Below are positions 42,304 to 55,926 of a stretch of DNA of 64,000 bases, in pieces. The position numbers and the translations under genes were made by a program. The notes below the pieces were generated by a model. It had not been told where the DNA came from, searched no databases, and saw only the letters and a list, made by a program, of their open reading frames with translations. The stretch comes from Octopus vulgaris (lineage: Eukaryota), in NCBI GenBank assembly GCA_951406725.2, contig OX597831.1, positions 47,678,001 to 47,742,000 on the forward strand. The letters run 5' to 3'. Each line of letters opens with the position of its first letter. Position 1 is the stretch's first letter.

Positions 42304-42545
42304 AAGCACGTGGCTTAGTGGTTAGGGTGTCAGCATAATGATAGTAAGATTGTGGTTTCGATTCCTGGACCGGGCGACACGTTGTGTTCTTGAGCAAAAC
42401 ACTTCATTTCACGTTGCTCCAGTCCACTCAACTAGCAAAAATGAGTAACGCTGCGATGGACTGGCGTCCCGTCCAGCTGGGGAACACACGCCACAGAAAC
42501 CGGGAAACCGGGCCCATGAGCCTGGCTAGACTTTAAAAGGGCGCA
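42304..42545 (+). mobile_element. tRNA-derived SINE with CORE-like body and V-like tail
   Basis: TGGCTTAGTGG / GGTTTCGATTCC head, TGTGTTCTTGAGCAAAACACTT body, CTGCGATGGACTGGCGTCCCGTCCAG tail. Confidence 0.85.
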
Positions 42546-42568
42546 TTTATATTTTTTATGTATATATT

Positions 42569-42600
<32 letters not shown>

Positions 42601-43223
42601 TGTATGTATGTATGTATGTATGTATGTATGTGTGTGTGTATATATACATACATATATACATATACATATATATATATACACGTGTGTGTGCGTGTCGCCA
42701 CCGTTTTAACGATTGGTGCTGGTTTATTTACGTCCCGTATACTGGCAGTTCGGCAAAAGAGACCGACAGAATAAGTACCAAACTGAAAATTAAAAAAAAA
42801 TTAAGGATTAGGGTCAAACGTTTGATTGCAAGACTGCATGCTATAGATTCTTCATTGTTGCATATTAGGCTGTTCAGTACGGTCATTTGATAGTCGAGGA
42901 CTTGGCATAACTAAACAGATCTATTGGTGAAACCACAATACCTACCCATTAAAGGCCTGTTTGAGTGTCTGGTAAATTCTTAGCTCCAAAATTTATCGTG
43001 TCTCTCTTTTACTCTTTTACTCTTTTACTTGTTTCAGCCATTTGACTGCTGCCATGCTGGTGCACCGCCTTTAGTCGAGCAAATCGACACCAGGACTTAT
43101 TCTTTGTAAGCCTGGTACTTATTCTATCGGTCCCTTTTTGCCGAACCGCTAAGTTACGGGGACGTAAACACACCAGCATCGGTTGTCAAGCGATGTTGGG
43201 GTGGGGGCAAACACAGACACACA

Positions 43224-43295
<72 letters not shown>

Positions 43296-43313
43296 TACAC
43301 ACTCACACTCACA

Positions 43314-43355
<42 letters not shown>

Positions 43356-43529
43356 TATACGACTGCTTTCTTTCAGTTTCTGTCTACCAAATCCACTCAC
43401 AAGGTTTTGGTCGGCCCGAGGCTATAGTAGAAGACACTTGCCCAAGGTGCCACGCAGTAGGACTGAACCCGGAACCATGTGGTTGGTAAGCAAGCTACTT
43501 ACCACACAGCCCCTCCTGCTCCTAGTTAC

Positions 43530-43972
43530 TTAAACTAATTTCGCTCCGTATGGAGCATAGGTCATCGACGACTTTTCCACACTATTCTCGACGTTGGGCT
43601 GTCTATTCTGCTACACCCAGTTGGATCCCTGGTTTTTCAGCTCTACCTTTGTATTCCGCCTCTAGATATTTTTTACAGTGTCCTCACCCACATTTCCCTT
43701 GTGAATTCATATATATTCCTTGAGAGAAGGCTTTCTTTTCCCAGGTCTTATTGGTTTTCAATTGTCACGGATGCTTCTGTAACTCTGCTTTTCTTCTAGG
43801 TAGGTGTGTTGGTCCACTGCAAACTTATTTTTACCTCTATGAAGAGGTGGTCCACTTTGGTTTGGACTTTATGCCTTGCCGAATATGGGAGGACTAACTA
43901 AGAGCTCGCACTCCCCTAGCAGAACTCTTAGGGTCACTGAGGCACACAAACCACCAAACTGCAACAAGGCCT
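43530..43972 (-). mobile_element. Internally deleted RTE-clade LINE (5'UTR joined to 3' end)
   Basis: Minus strand begins CCTTGTTGCAG..GTGCCTCAGTGACCCTAAGAG, like an RTE 5'UTR. It ends AQRRE..VVDDLCSIRSE, like an RTE C-terminus. Confidence 0.6.
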
Positions 43973-44741
43973 GGAGCTTGTAGTGGATCATGGCTTTTTA
44001 TATCGCGGTAATTATGTTGGCTGGTAATTACATAGCAGGACGGTAGATTCATGGCCATTATTGATACAGCATCGATAAATTCATCATCATACTTTTTATC
44101 CGCAGAGTAAATGTTTCGCTTGCTTAAAGTTTTTTATACGTGGAATAAATACGTCGCATTTCATTAACAAAGGAAACTAAATTCAAAGACAAAAATATAT
44201 TATTAATATCATAGTTTCTCAATATAGACATGAAAATATAAATCAGATACCTTTCCAAAATAGAATCGCACTCACACGAAAATAAGAAAAAAAAATGAAA
44301 ATGCAGTTAGATTCGAGGAAGAAAGCTTCAAAAAAGATAAACCATGAGCTTATATCTCTTAAATAAGCCAATATTTTTGCGATTTTGATATTCATTGACA
44401 GTGCGTTGAATTCTTACCACACTATCTTTTACTTTTCCTGTTTATTTTTGTTTCTTTCTTTTTATAAGGTGGAATTTCTGTGACGGTGGCAATCTACTAT
44501 TCGATTATTTCATTTCATGATTTTTCATTTTGTTTTTATTATCCTTTCCGGTATTTCTAAAGAATAAATAAATAAAATTTCGAGATACCAGGATGGAATC
44601 TTTTGTCTTTTGAAATTTCTTTTGTTTTTTTTTTCACTGTCAATGAAATAAAACGTATTTACGCTGCGAAAATAATGTTTAGCGATGTATTTATTTTGCG
44701 GATAAAAAAGCTTGACAATGAATATCTAATAAAGTAGAAAG

Positions 44742-44804
<63 letters not shown>

Positions 44805-44807
44805 TTT

Positions 44808-45149
44808 TTTTTTTCTTCTTTCAAATTTGCTTCCATTTCTTGCCGAGTGTCTTCCCGACCCCTAGGGCAAAGAAACTCATAGTATACATTGGTAGGCCAT
44901 TAAACCAAACTCAATAGTTCGTTCATTAAAAAAAAAATTTTTTTAAAGTTAAATTAAAATACATGAGCAGCAACAGTTCTCACATCGACAATGCTCTTCT
45001 CAATACGTGTGATGTACCAGTTAAGACAATCTTTTGCACTTCTTGCAGGGATGGTAAGCCAGGGATCATTCTCATATAATTTTCGGTTCCCTTCTTGATC
45101 ATTCTTAGTGCTCCTACGATCATTCCTAGTGCTCCTACGATCACTGGTA

Positions 45150-45213
<64 letters not shown>

Positions 45214-45463
45214 CATTATTATTATTATCATTATTATCCTCATCATATTTAAGGCGGGAAGCTGGTAAAATCTTTAGTACGCCGGACTAAATGTTTAGTG
45301 GAATGTTTTACGTTCTGAGTTCAAATACCGTTGAGTTTGATTCTGCCTTTCACCCTTTCGGTGTCGATAAAATAAGTACCAGCCAAGTACTGAGGTCGAT
45401 GTAATTGACTTCTCCTCCCCTCAAAACTGCTGGCTCTGTACCAAAAATTGAAGCTTGTATTGC

Positions 45464-45529
<66 letters not shown>

Positions 45530-46360
45530 CATTATTATTATTTACTTTTAATCTGCATGTTTGTTACAATCACTTGTCGAGACATACCCAGCATTCTAAG
45601 GCGAGTTAAGGATAAGAGATGTTACTGTATGACTGAAAGCTTGGGGAGGAGAAGTGGCAGGGGCTGTAGCGGAATATATTCATGTAATACAACACAGACA
45701 TTTGAATGGATAGGGTTTTTCTAAGGACGTGGGCAGTACTTGTCAGCACAGTCTTTTGGATTTCTCTGAGACATGGTTCTCCTGGGATGTTATCTAGATG
45801 TTTCTGATATCCCTTTTTTTATCATACTCAGGGCACCTACAATAACAGGAACAGTTCTCGCTTCAAGATGCCACATCTTTTGTATTTGAATTTCCAGGTC
45901 CTTATATTTACTTCATTTGTCAAATTCTTTGACAGATATATTTTTATCAGTAGGAACCTTTACTTCTATTAGTCTACAAGTATTTGCTTCCCTGTCTTTA
46001 ATGACTATGTCTGGCCGATTAACCTGGATCATTCTGTTAGTGTTGACTGGAAAATCCCAGAGGATAGTGACATTTTTACCTTCAACGACTGGCTCAGGAT
46101 CACGTTCATACCAGTAAGCAGGAGCGGTGATTTTGTAGCGTTTACATATTTTCCAATGTAAATACTGTCCTACCCTATCATTGCGATATTTGTATTCGTT
46201 TGATGTCAGCGCAGGACATCCCAAGACGAGATGGTCTATTGTTCCGTGAAAAGTGTCACAGAATCTGTATTTAGGGTCAGAACTATTTTGAAGAACGTTA
46301 AGTGGTAGTTTTTTGCAAGCAAGCTTTGATTATCTTCTTCTTCTTCTTCTTCTTCTTCTT

Positions 46361-46423
<63 letters not shown>

Positions 46424-47455
46424 TGATGACAACTCACATCGTATTTTGCTGGGTATGATGGAAAGTATCAGCTGTCCACAGCCAGCACACTAAGGTGACA
46501 CTTGTTTACTGGTCATGCTTCAAGAAACCTGCGAAGAATTCTTGCAGTTCCAGGCAATGCTGATTTTTGTAGGTGTTCTCTCCTTATATTTGTATCAATC
46601 TTTTTGAGCTATGTCGGTAGTTGAGCGCTGAAAATTCCAAGTACGCCAATTACTATTGGTGTCATGTCTACTCTCCCCATTGACCATAAACTTCGTATTT
46701 ACCTCTTCAAATCATCGTAATTCAATTTTTCTTCTTCTTTCTCTTTGATCCTGTTGTCACCGCGACATGCTATGTCGATTATCATGTATGCTCTTTCTTT
46801 TTTATTCACCACAACAATGTCCGGTTTCCCATATCTGGTCAGGTGTTCGCACTGAATCATTGTATTCCTCAGGATTTTACAATCTTCATTTTCGGTGACC
46901 CCTTCTGGGGTTTGCTCATACCATGTCTTTGCTCTTTGTAGGCCGTGGTTTCCACAAAGCTCCCAATAGATCATTGTTGCCATATTATCATGTCGTCTCT
47001 TGTGTTCGCGTTGTGCCAATTTCGGGCATTCGCTAACGATGTGTCATATTGTTTCACCTCTCTCACCGCACATTCTGCATCTGTCGTTGTCAGTACTGTT
47101 ATCAATCCTGCACTTCACATAGATAGTCCTTAATGCTTGTTCTTGTGCTGCATACGTAAGTGATTCTGGTTCTATCTTCAGGTCACCCTCCATCCATAAC
47201 CACCGGGTCTTCTGTATCTGTCTTGGCGTTCATATCTCTTGTCAATTGACTGTACATTTTTCTCCTTCATGCTGTGTTCTTTTCCTCTTTAAGTTTTTCT
47301 TTCATTACACAATTATCAGTTTTAATGACGTCGGACTTCTTCACATGTTTCAACAATGGTTCCACGGTATGTTTTGCATACCACCCTAAGCTGTTTTCCT
47401 CTGTTTCGATACAATTCTGACAACTGGTCAAACTTCTCCCACCCTTTCTTCTGGG

Positions 47456-47458
<3 letters not shown>
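44808..47458 (-). mobile_element. Second cluster of three co-oriented R4/Dong LINE fragments (44808-45150, 45555-46330, 46425-47458) with a SINE B at 45250-45455 (+)
   Basis: PRRKGGRSL, CRMCGE..HIVSEC..RRHD zinc knuckle, NRPDIVI / KPDIVV endonuclease motifs, IPVIVGALG. Each fragment is bounded by (ATT)n or (CTT)n. Confidence 0.9.
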
Positions 47459-47516
<58 letters not shown>

Positions 47517-48639
47517 TAAGGCGGCGAACTAGTAGAATCATTAAGCACGCCAGGCAAAATGCTTAGCGGTATTTCGTCTATCTTTTTGTTCTGAGTTCAA
47601 ATTCCGCCGGGGGTCGACTTTGCCTTTCATCCTTTCGGGGTCGATAAATTAAGTACCAGTGAAACACTGGGGTCGATATAATCGATTTTCCCCATTCCCC
47701 ACAATTTCAGGGCCTTGTGCCTATAGTAGATAGGATTACTATTATTATAATTACCATCATCATCTAGTCAACTTAGTAATTAATCAATTATTTTAATCGG
47801 TTCATCAGTCGACCGATTGGTATACCGGCTCGCGATATAATGACCTTGCGATGAAATTACAGTTGTTGTATCTACGGCTATGTAATTATCAGACTGCTAC
47901 AAATCTACAGCGAACCGTTTGCTCAATCATAGCTCACCTGGAGCGATACAATAGGACTGTGTATACTTTCAAATTGAACCTTAATTAAAGGTTTTTTTTA
48001 TTAATGTATAGCCCCAGGACCTTCCTAATTGAACGAACTTATAACAAAGTGTATTTAACCATTTAACCCATGATCAGCCCCATTATTTTTCAAGAAGTGT
48101 ATACCGTGGATCACATTTTCTAAAGTATCCTTTATTTTCTTTTAAAAGACGGTTGCTTGTAGTTTAAGGCAGATTTCTATCAGATCAAGCAAACATTGTA
48201 TCCACAATTTACTCATGTTTTTTTCATATTTCATTTTTTACTTGTTTCAGTTATTGAACCTTGGCCATGTTTGATCACCACTTTGAAAGGTTTTAGGGAG
48301 CAAATGACCTCACTACTTTTTTTTTAAAGTGTGGTGCTTATTCCATCGGTCCTTTGTAGGGGGCATAAACAAACGAACACACAGCCATACTCGCACCTAT
48401 ACATTTTTTCCGGTATAATGTACCCAACACTACATCACACAATCTATTCACGTTTACGATTGTTCGCTATGGTTTGTGAGTGATTTAGCTGCTATTTCTA
48501 ACCGTAAAATCTCTCATGATAATTTTAAGACATTATAGATGCATATCCATATTTTTTTCTGAGTTATTACTGAAACATAAAGAACAAATATCAAATTCAT
48601 CAGTTTTCTAGAGAGAGAGAGAGAGAGAGGGGAGGGGGG

Positions 48640-48775
48640 GAGAATTCACAAAAAAAAGCAAAAAACGAAGACCAGTGGTGTAGACAACAAACAGATGTAT
48701 CAGTATAACGCTTGGGAAGTGAAAAGTCTTTAACGTTTCGAACCTATGCTCTTCCACAGAAAGAAACAAGAAGAG
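48640..48775 (-). mobile_element. Short element with minimal hammerhead (48727-48764, core CTGTGGA)
   Basis: TCTTT-CTGTGGA-A-GAGC-ATAG-GTTC-GAAA-CG-TT-AAAGA. Confidence 0.7.
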
Positions 48776-49139
48776 ATCTATCATATATATGATAGCGGTC
48801 TATCACCACACACATACACACACACACACACACACATACACACACACACACTGGCATGAAAATATTGTTTCACTTTGTCTTTATTTAGTTCCCCGGTACG
48901 TACAATTCCTCAACGCTAAAACAGATGAATAACAGCTTATTTTGAGGTTCACGGAATAAAAATATCGTTTAATTTTTATTGGTCTTCTTTAGTCAGCTGA
49001 AAAGGTGTTCAGAAATGCAGAGCTGTATAAACGATGACCGTAAGTTATACAGGAGGAGGGATAAACAACTATTAGAGAGTCAGTGACAGTCTAGTTATCA
49101 TTGTTGTACTGTATGGAGGGAAACTACAACTATGAGATA

Positions 49140-49356
49140 TTCTTTTCTACTCTAGGCACAAGGCCCGAAATTTTGGAGGAGGGGGGGCAGTCGATTAAGT
49201 CGACCCCAGTACGCAACTGGTACTTAATTTATCGACCCTGAAATGATGAAAGGTAAAGTCGACCTCGGTGGAATTTGAACTCAGAACGTAAAGGCAGACG
49301 AAATACTGCTAAGTATTTCGCCCGCTGTGCTAACGTTTCTGCCAGCTCGCCGCCTT
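49140..49356 (-). mobile_element. SINE family B with TSD; other singles at 27566-27765, 27925-28140, 47518-47735 (+) and 52294-52505 (-)
   Basis: Flanks TACAACTATGAGAT and TACAACTATGGGAT. Confidence 0.88.
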
Positions 49357-50839
49357 ACAACTATGGGATGTTATAGGATGTCTTTACCCCGTGGTTTACA
49401 CTTTTACTCTTTTACTTGTCTCAGTCTTTTGACTGCGGCCATGCTGGAGCACCGCCTTTAGTCGAGCAAATCGACCCCGGGACATATTCTTTGTAAGCCC
49501 AGTACTTATTCTAGCGGTTGTCAAGCAATGTTAGGGGGACAAACACAGACACACAAGAATACACACATACATATATACATACATATATACGACGGGCTTC
49601 TTTCAGTTTCCGTCTACCAAATCCACTCAGAAGGCTTTGGTCGGCCCGAGGCTATAGTAGAAGGCACTTGCCTTAGGTACCATGAAGTGGGACTGAACTC
49701 ATAACCACGTTGTCAGTAAGCAAGCTACTTACCAAACAGCCAGTCAAGAAATTTGTTCTTATTGCCACACGCGGATAGTACCACGGATCTTTGTTTAAAA
49801 ATACAATCGCATTGAGTCAAAATATTATACTTTTGAAAAGCATAAGTTATATATCATGTGATAAATTTAAATATAAAGTCGCATTTAGAGTGAGGCTATA
49901 GTTTTACATATTAATTTTGCTAACCTTCAATTCTATTTTGATAGTGAGGTGGAATTGATTGTAAAGGACTGAGTTTTTTTCTTTTGCATTTAGTTTTAAA
50001 TGAATTTTCTGAGAAGTCAAATAATTTCCTCTCGGTACCATCTACAGTTATAATCTTTGCTACGTGTATATGTGCATGTGTGATGCCTTTGTCATTAAGC
50101 GAACAAGACGTGAAGTTCTTGTAATGGCACGCTAGCGGTTAGTTTGCACCTTTCTGTTTGTACGAATGTTGTTGGATATTTGAGATGTTGGATATTAATG
50201 AGACGATTTTAGTTAACATTACCATTGTTTTTAACAAGGAGTTAATATGACAAGGAATTGCCGGATATTGGATATTTTGGACTCTGGTATAAAGTAGATG
50301 GCATTTGTTTTTCTATTTTTACTGTTTTGTGAAACATGTTCCTCTTGTTCTATGTTTTCATAATGAAAACAATTTGCTTGTTATTGTGCCGTTATAGCTG
50401 CTCGGCTGAATGTGTCGTTAGACAAGTTACATACAATCTCATATATATTGCCTACCACCTGTTTTATGACTGCAAGAGTATGGGAAGGGTTAATTGTGTT
50501 TTTTCTTAATTATATCTTCTTTGATCTTTTTATAGTTGTGATCGCCTGTTGTCAAGTCTAACATAATGTCTGAAAAAATTAACAATTCGAAGGTTAATAC
50601 CAATTTCTGTTAAATATACGAAATGTTTCCTAAACTTGTTCATGCTATAAGCTTTTCACGTCGAGGAAAACTATTAGGCTTTCGTACTTATATACTCACG
50701 AGCAAAACGCCCCCCACCATCCAATAGACGGTGCTGAGTTGTCAAACATTTAAACCAAATTTTCTCAAAACAACTTGTCCGACCGTCCCATAGGCCTCCC
50801 ATTTGAGAAACACTGATTTAACCTAAATTTGAGACACCA

Positions 50840-51150
50840 GCAAAAGAAGAAATAAAGATAGACTTTTTTCTATTCCAAACAAAAACGATTTTATTCACAC
50901 AAATATGCAACCGAAGAGTTTAAAGTACCAATAAGTACATCGCAACAGCTGATTTACTTGCGCTACAAATGCACGTTCCCACGGCTTTATCGATCAAATC
51001 CTCACCTGGAATCGATTTTTCTAATTTTTTCAAGACTTATACACGCCTGATACCGTCGGTATCTACATATCAAATTTGAGCGCAATCGGATGGAGGATGC
51101 CCGAGATCCTAGAAGACACAAACACAGACAGACAGAACGGATTTTATATA
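50840..51150 (-). mobile_element. Helitron-like remnant (5' part)
   Basis: TATATAAAATCC..(TCTG)n start and AAATTTGAGCGCAATCGG internal motif. No 3' end found. Confidence 0.45.
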
Positions 51151-51239
51151 ATAATGTAATCATTTAATACCATATAGGTATTAAAAAGTGCCTTACCCCA
51201 CCTTTTTTGGTGTTCCATAAAGGAAACTCATTAAATAAA

Positions 51240-52000
51240 AGTCATCCTAGCTCTCATTATAATGCTGTTAAAGCTTTGCAGATGGGTTTAGAAATTGATG
51301 GATAAAAGTCGTGTTGGGTGAATTTACAATATCTTGCGTTCTATTCTGGTAAGATGATTACCATTCGGCTACCGAACCATTGCGGTAATTTCGTAGTGTT
51401 TCATATTCGGGATTACAGATTTGTTTGCTAATTATTCGCTATTCATTTTAGTGAGGTTATTTAATCTATAACTAGAACTGAAAAACAAAATGGTGTTATG
51501 GTTCTTTAATGTGATGTATGAGTCACGCATGGCTTTGTGTTCTAACTTGTTACCTAGTTTTAGTTGAGATGATATTTATGGTTCGTGGTTGATTATAAGT
51601 ATTGGGAGACTGTCTTCGTAAGTTTTAATAATGTTTTCTGATTGTCTGATAGGAATTCGGAGTATGTCTTTCTGCTTTGTTGAGAAATATGTAGATATTG
51701 TGTCTTCAACGGATTTTACGTTGATATTTAAGAGGATTTTGAAGCTATGGCGTCTAAGCCTTAACTTTTTAAAATCAGGTCGATTAGGTCAGTTTCAAGT
51801 TTTTTGATCTTGCAGCGAAGAGGAATTTGAGGTTCTTAATTTAAACTATAAGCGTATCAGTGGAGTAAGTTTCAAAGAAGTAGGATATCCATCCTATTTG
51901 CTTTATGATGTATTCAATCGTTTTTTTTTCTCTCGATTAGGTGCTTAGCGTAGAGCTTCTTCCGCGGTTCTGGTATGATCTTTGTTGTATAAATGAATAT
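51240..52000 (-). pseudogene. Degenerate Penelope-like element ORF (RT N-terminal half)
   Basis: DSYITLKNHN (cf. ITLKDHK) and FTQHDFYPSISK (cf. DFYPSIS), heavily frameshifted. Confidence 0.6.
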
Positions 52001-52501
52001 TATTCCATATTAAAGTGCAATTTCTATGATTGTAGAAGCTACTCTATTGAGTTATATAAGTTTGTAAGAGTAAACGAAAAGATCAAGTGCTCAATACATT
52101 GACTTGAGCTTATTCGTATTTTCGAATCTGAACCCTCACTAAATCCCTGCTGTTTGTGTGTAAGGGTGTTTGTGTGTGTGTGTGAAAAACGGAAATAGAG
52201 TAAGTTTCCCATTCTCATTCTTCACACACAGACGCTAAATGATAATTGTAACAATGATGATGACGATGATGATGATGATAATGATGATAATAATCCTTTC
52301 TACTATAGGCACAAGGCCTGAAATTTTTGAGGAGGGGGGAGATCAATCAAACCCCAGTACTTGACTGGTACTTAATTTATCAACTCCGAAAGGATGAAAA
52401 GCAAAGTTGACCTCTGAGGAATTTGAACTCAGAATGTGAAGATAGACAAAATATTGCTAAGAATTTCGCCCGGCATGCTAACGATTTTGCCAGCTTGCAA
52501 C

Positions 52502-52537
<36 letters not shown>

Positions 52538-52562
52538 CATCATAATTATAATAATAATAATA

Positions 52563-52602
<40 letters not shown>

Positions 52603-53706
52603 CATTTGCCACTAGGGTGAAGGATGAATACATACATATTCTTTTTGGGAGCAGTGGATCTTGAAGAACATAAAGCTATAAATAATATTGGGTTGAAAAA
52701 CCTCTTTGGATAGAAACAAGTTGAGAATATCTGTTATGTCAATGGGAAATATGGATTCGTATCCCATCCACAGCCTACGTCTTCTGTCGAGAAGAGTTTT
52801 CCTACTAAAAATTTACACGTTGTTATTTATAGTTTTATGTGCTTCAAGAGCCATTGTTACAAAAAAGAATTATTTCACGTTCTCTCGAAAGTTTATGAAT
52901 GACGTAACATATATATTCTAAACTTCAATCCTTTCATGTATTGAGTTCTTTCCATTGTTTGTAACTTGTTTGTAACTTGAACCAGCACACGCAGTCTCTC
53001 TCTGTTTCTCTGACTGTCTGTCTCTGTCTGTCTGTCTCTCTTTCTCACACACATACATACATACGTACACAAACACGTTCATATATATAGACTTACTCAC
53101 AAGCACATGCCGCATGTATATATGCATATATGTGAGTCTTTTGTTATGAAAAGCACCTTGTCAACAAGTGAATCCTATTAATTTATATGTATATATTCTC
53201 TAAATTACAAATCTAACTGTAGAATTGCCTTATCAAGACACATGCCTATGTCTGAAGGAGGAGAGGGTGTATGTATAAGTGTCTAGAGAGAGGGGGAAGA
53301 GAGAGATGGGAGAGAGAGATGGGGAGAGAGAGGGACAGAAGGGAGAGAAAAAGAGAGGGGTGGTAACGTGTAGTATGTGCAGCTAGATAAATAGATAGAC
53401 AGAGAAGTAGAAAGGAAGATGTGTACATGTGCAGATAAATTGAGTGGTGAGAGAAAGAGAGGAATGTGTAAGGGTGCAGGGAGAGAAAGAGAGAGAGAGA
53501 TAGAGATAGATAGATAGATAGAGAGCGAGAGAGAGAGAGATAGAGAGAGAGAGAGATAGAAGGTGAGACTACATGTGTGGAGTATGAGCGTGATGTATAT
53601 GTGTGAAAAGAGAAAAAAAATATACATGAATGTGTGTAATGAATGAGATAATGTGTCTTTGTGTTGATATGGAGATTAAGAAAAGTAGTGATATATATAT
53701 ATGTGT

Positions 53707-53789
53707 TTTTCCTGATGAGAAGGCGGCATAATGCACCCCTTATTCCTGCGAAATTAGGAATATGCAACCTTCGAAACATATGTCGAAAA
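53707..53789 (+). ncRNA. Type I hammerhead ribozyme with intact core and GUC cleavage site
   Basis: TTTTC-CTGATGA-GAAGG..GCATA/TATGC..CCTTC-GAAA-CATATG-TC-GAAAA. Lies in a ~140-bp segment between two (TA)n tracts. Confidence 0.88.
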
Positions 53790-53837
53790 TAAAGGAATTT
53801 TGTTAATTCATCGTTCAACTCCATTCTTTCATTTACT

Positions 53838-53878
<41 letters not shown>

Positions 53879-53901
53879 GCATACACATATATATATAAAT
53901 A

Positions 53902-54123
53902 TATGATGGGGTGCTGAAAAGTTTCTGGCTTAAAGGGTGTCGCGAAAGGCCTAGTTTGGAGGCCCAACCTTCCGAGTACTTTTACAGGGCTTAGAAAAAC
54001 TGAAGGGCCTCTGCAGTAAGTGTGTGAATCTGAGAGGGAAATATGTTGAGTAGAGTCATAATTAACTGATCCTCTTGCATTTTCTTTTACCAAAAGCCAG
54101 GAACTTTTCAAAAACCACTCGTA
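53902..54123 (+). mobile_element. Mariner-derived MITE
   Basis: TIR-like GGGGTGCTGAAAAGTTTCTGGCTT / AAGCCAGGAACTTTTCA..CACTCGTA. Remnant KCVNLR..YVE* matches a mariner C-terminus. Confidence 0.8.
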
Positions 54124-54138
54124 TGTGTAGATGTGTGA

Positions 54139-54183
<45 letters not shown>

Positions 54184-54231
54184 CTCTCACACACTAATAT
54201 AAAATTCAAGGAGTCCCATATATATATATAC

Positions 54232-54325
<94 letters not shown>

Positions 54326-54339
54326 TATATGTATATATT

Positions 54340-54538
54340 CAGGACGCCATGATAGATCGTTAGCTCCTACACGCATTTTTTTTCTCTCCTTGTTTTTTTC
54401 TGTGTATCTTTCTGTCGAAGAGCGTAGGCTCGAAACGTAAAATACTTTTTCAATTCCTGAGCGCTATACTAATACATTTGTTTCTTTGTACTCCACCTGC
54501 CTTCGTCTTTTGTTTATTATTCGTAAACTTTCCCTTTA
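54340..54538 (+). mobile_element. TA-anchored element with minimal hammerhead 54407-54444 (core CTGTCGA)
   Basis: Same family as 36391-36603, with (TA)n on both sides. Confidence 0.78.
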
Positions 54539-54593
54539 TATATATATATATATATTTGTAAAAAAGAAGTTTGAAAATGCCACTTGCCCAAGG

Positions 54594-54639
<46 letters not shown>

Positions 54640-54962
54640 GACCTTGGGCAAGTGCCTTCTACTATAGCCTCTGGCGGACCAAAGCCTTGTGAGTGGATTT
54701 GTAGACGGAAACTGAAAGAAGCTTGTATGTATATATATATATGTATATGTCTGTGTGTCTGTTTGTTCCCCCACCATCGCTTGACAACTGATATTGGTGT
54801 GATTACGTCCCTGTAACTTAGCAGTTCCGCAAAAGAGACCGAAAGAATAAGTACTAGGCTTACAAAGAATAAGTCCTGGGGTCGATTTCTTCGATAAAAG
54901 GTGGTGCTCCAGCATGGCCGCAGTCAAATGACAACCAGATAAAAGAAAAAAGAATATATACG

Positions 54963-54993
<31 letters not shown>

Positions 54994-55023
54994 AAGAAAA
55001 AAGCAACAAGAATGGATTAGTTG

Positions 55024-55100
55024 TTCAGTACAATTGTTTCATACGAAGAACAGCTTTATTAAAAGCTGCAAATACAAGTGTCCCGTATTCATCAGCCAAA
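55024..55100 (-). ncRNA. Type I hammerhead ribozyme with intact core and GUA site
   Basis: TTGG-CTGATGA-ATACG..CGTAT-GAAA-CAATTG-TA-CTGA. Palindrome ACAATTGT, about 35 bp from a (TA)n tract. Confidence 0.85.
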
Positions 55101-55756
55101 ACACATACGAGTTTTCCAGACATCCTAGGGGGTGAGGCTACACTCATGAAGTATCGAAGAGAGTTCTATAAAAAGCAAAGTTAGATTGTAAGCAGACTTC
55201 AAAAGTTCTCTAATGATGCACAGTTTTATAAAAGGTTTTAAAAAAGTTTGTTAGCTTCACAGAAAAGGTAAATCCATCCATAATAATGCAGGTGTAAATT
55301 CCGGAGATATGAGGAGATATTTCATACTCAGAGACGATGAATTTATCCATAATAATGTAGGTATAATTTCCTGATATATGAGAAGATGCTGATCACATTT
55401 CTGTTCATTTCACAAAACTACTATGTTGGAATTATATTGGCTAAAAGAAGTTAGTGGAGCAGAAAAATCGCCCAAATAGGGCATTATGGGACAACTGAGA
55501 GGAAGGGGTGTAAGTACACGACCTACAAAGAATAGTCTATTTCTGTGGTGACAGAAAGTCTAGGTCAGAGTTGCAGGAATCTGAGATTTATAAAAGAGAA
55601 CATTACTATTGACCAGCATACAACTGTTAACTACCAATCCTACAGAGTTAAAAGCAGATATAAGAATATAAAGGGAACAAGAGAAAGTATCAAAGGGGTC
55701 AAAGGCTATCAGTAGAGGAAAATACACTAAGAGGTTTAGTGCAATATTAGAACAAC

Positions 55757-55787
<31 letters not shown>

Positions 55788-55889
55788 TTATTGTTACTAT
55801 TTATACATTGTAAGACAGACTTTAGGTCTATACCTAGAGGTCAATTAATTTCTATAGTAAAAGGTGTGAGAGTATTGTTTATTCAAAAA

Positions 55890-55924
<35 letters not shown>

Positions 55925-55926
<2 letters not shown>

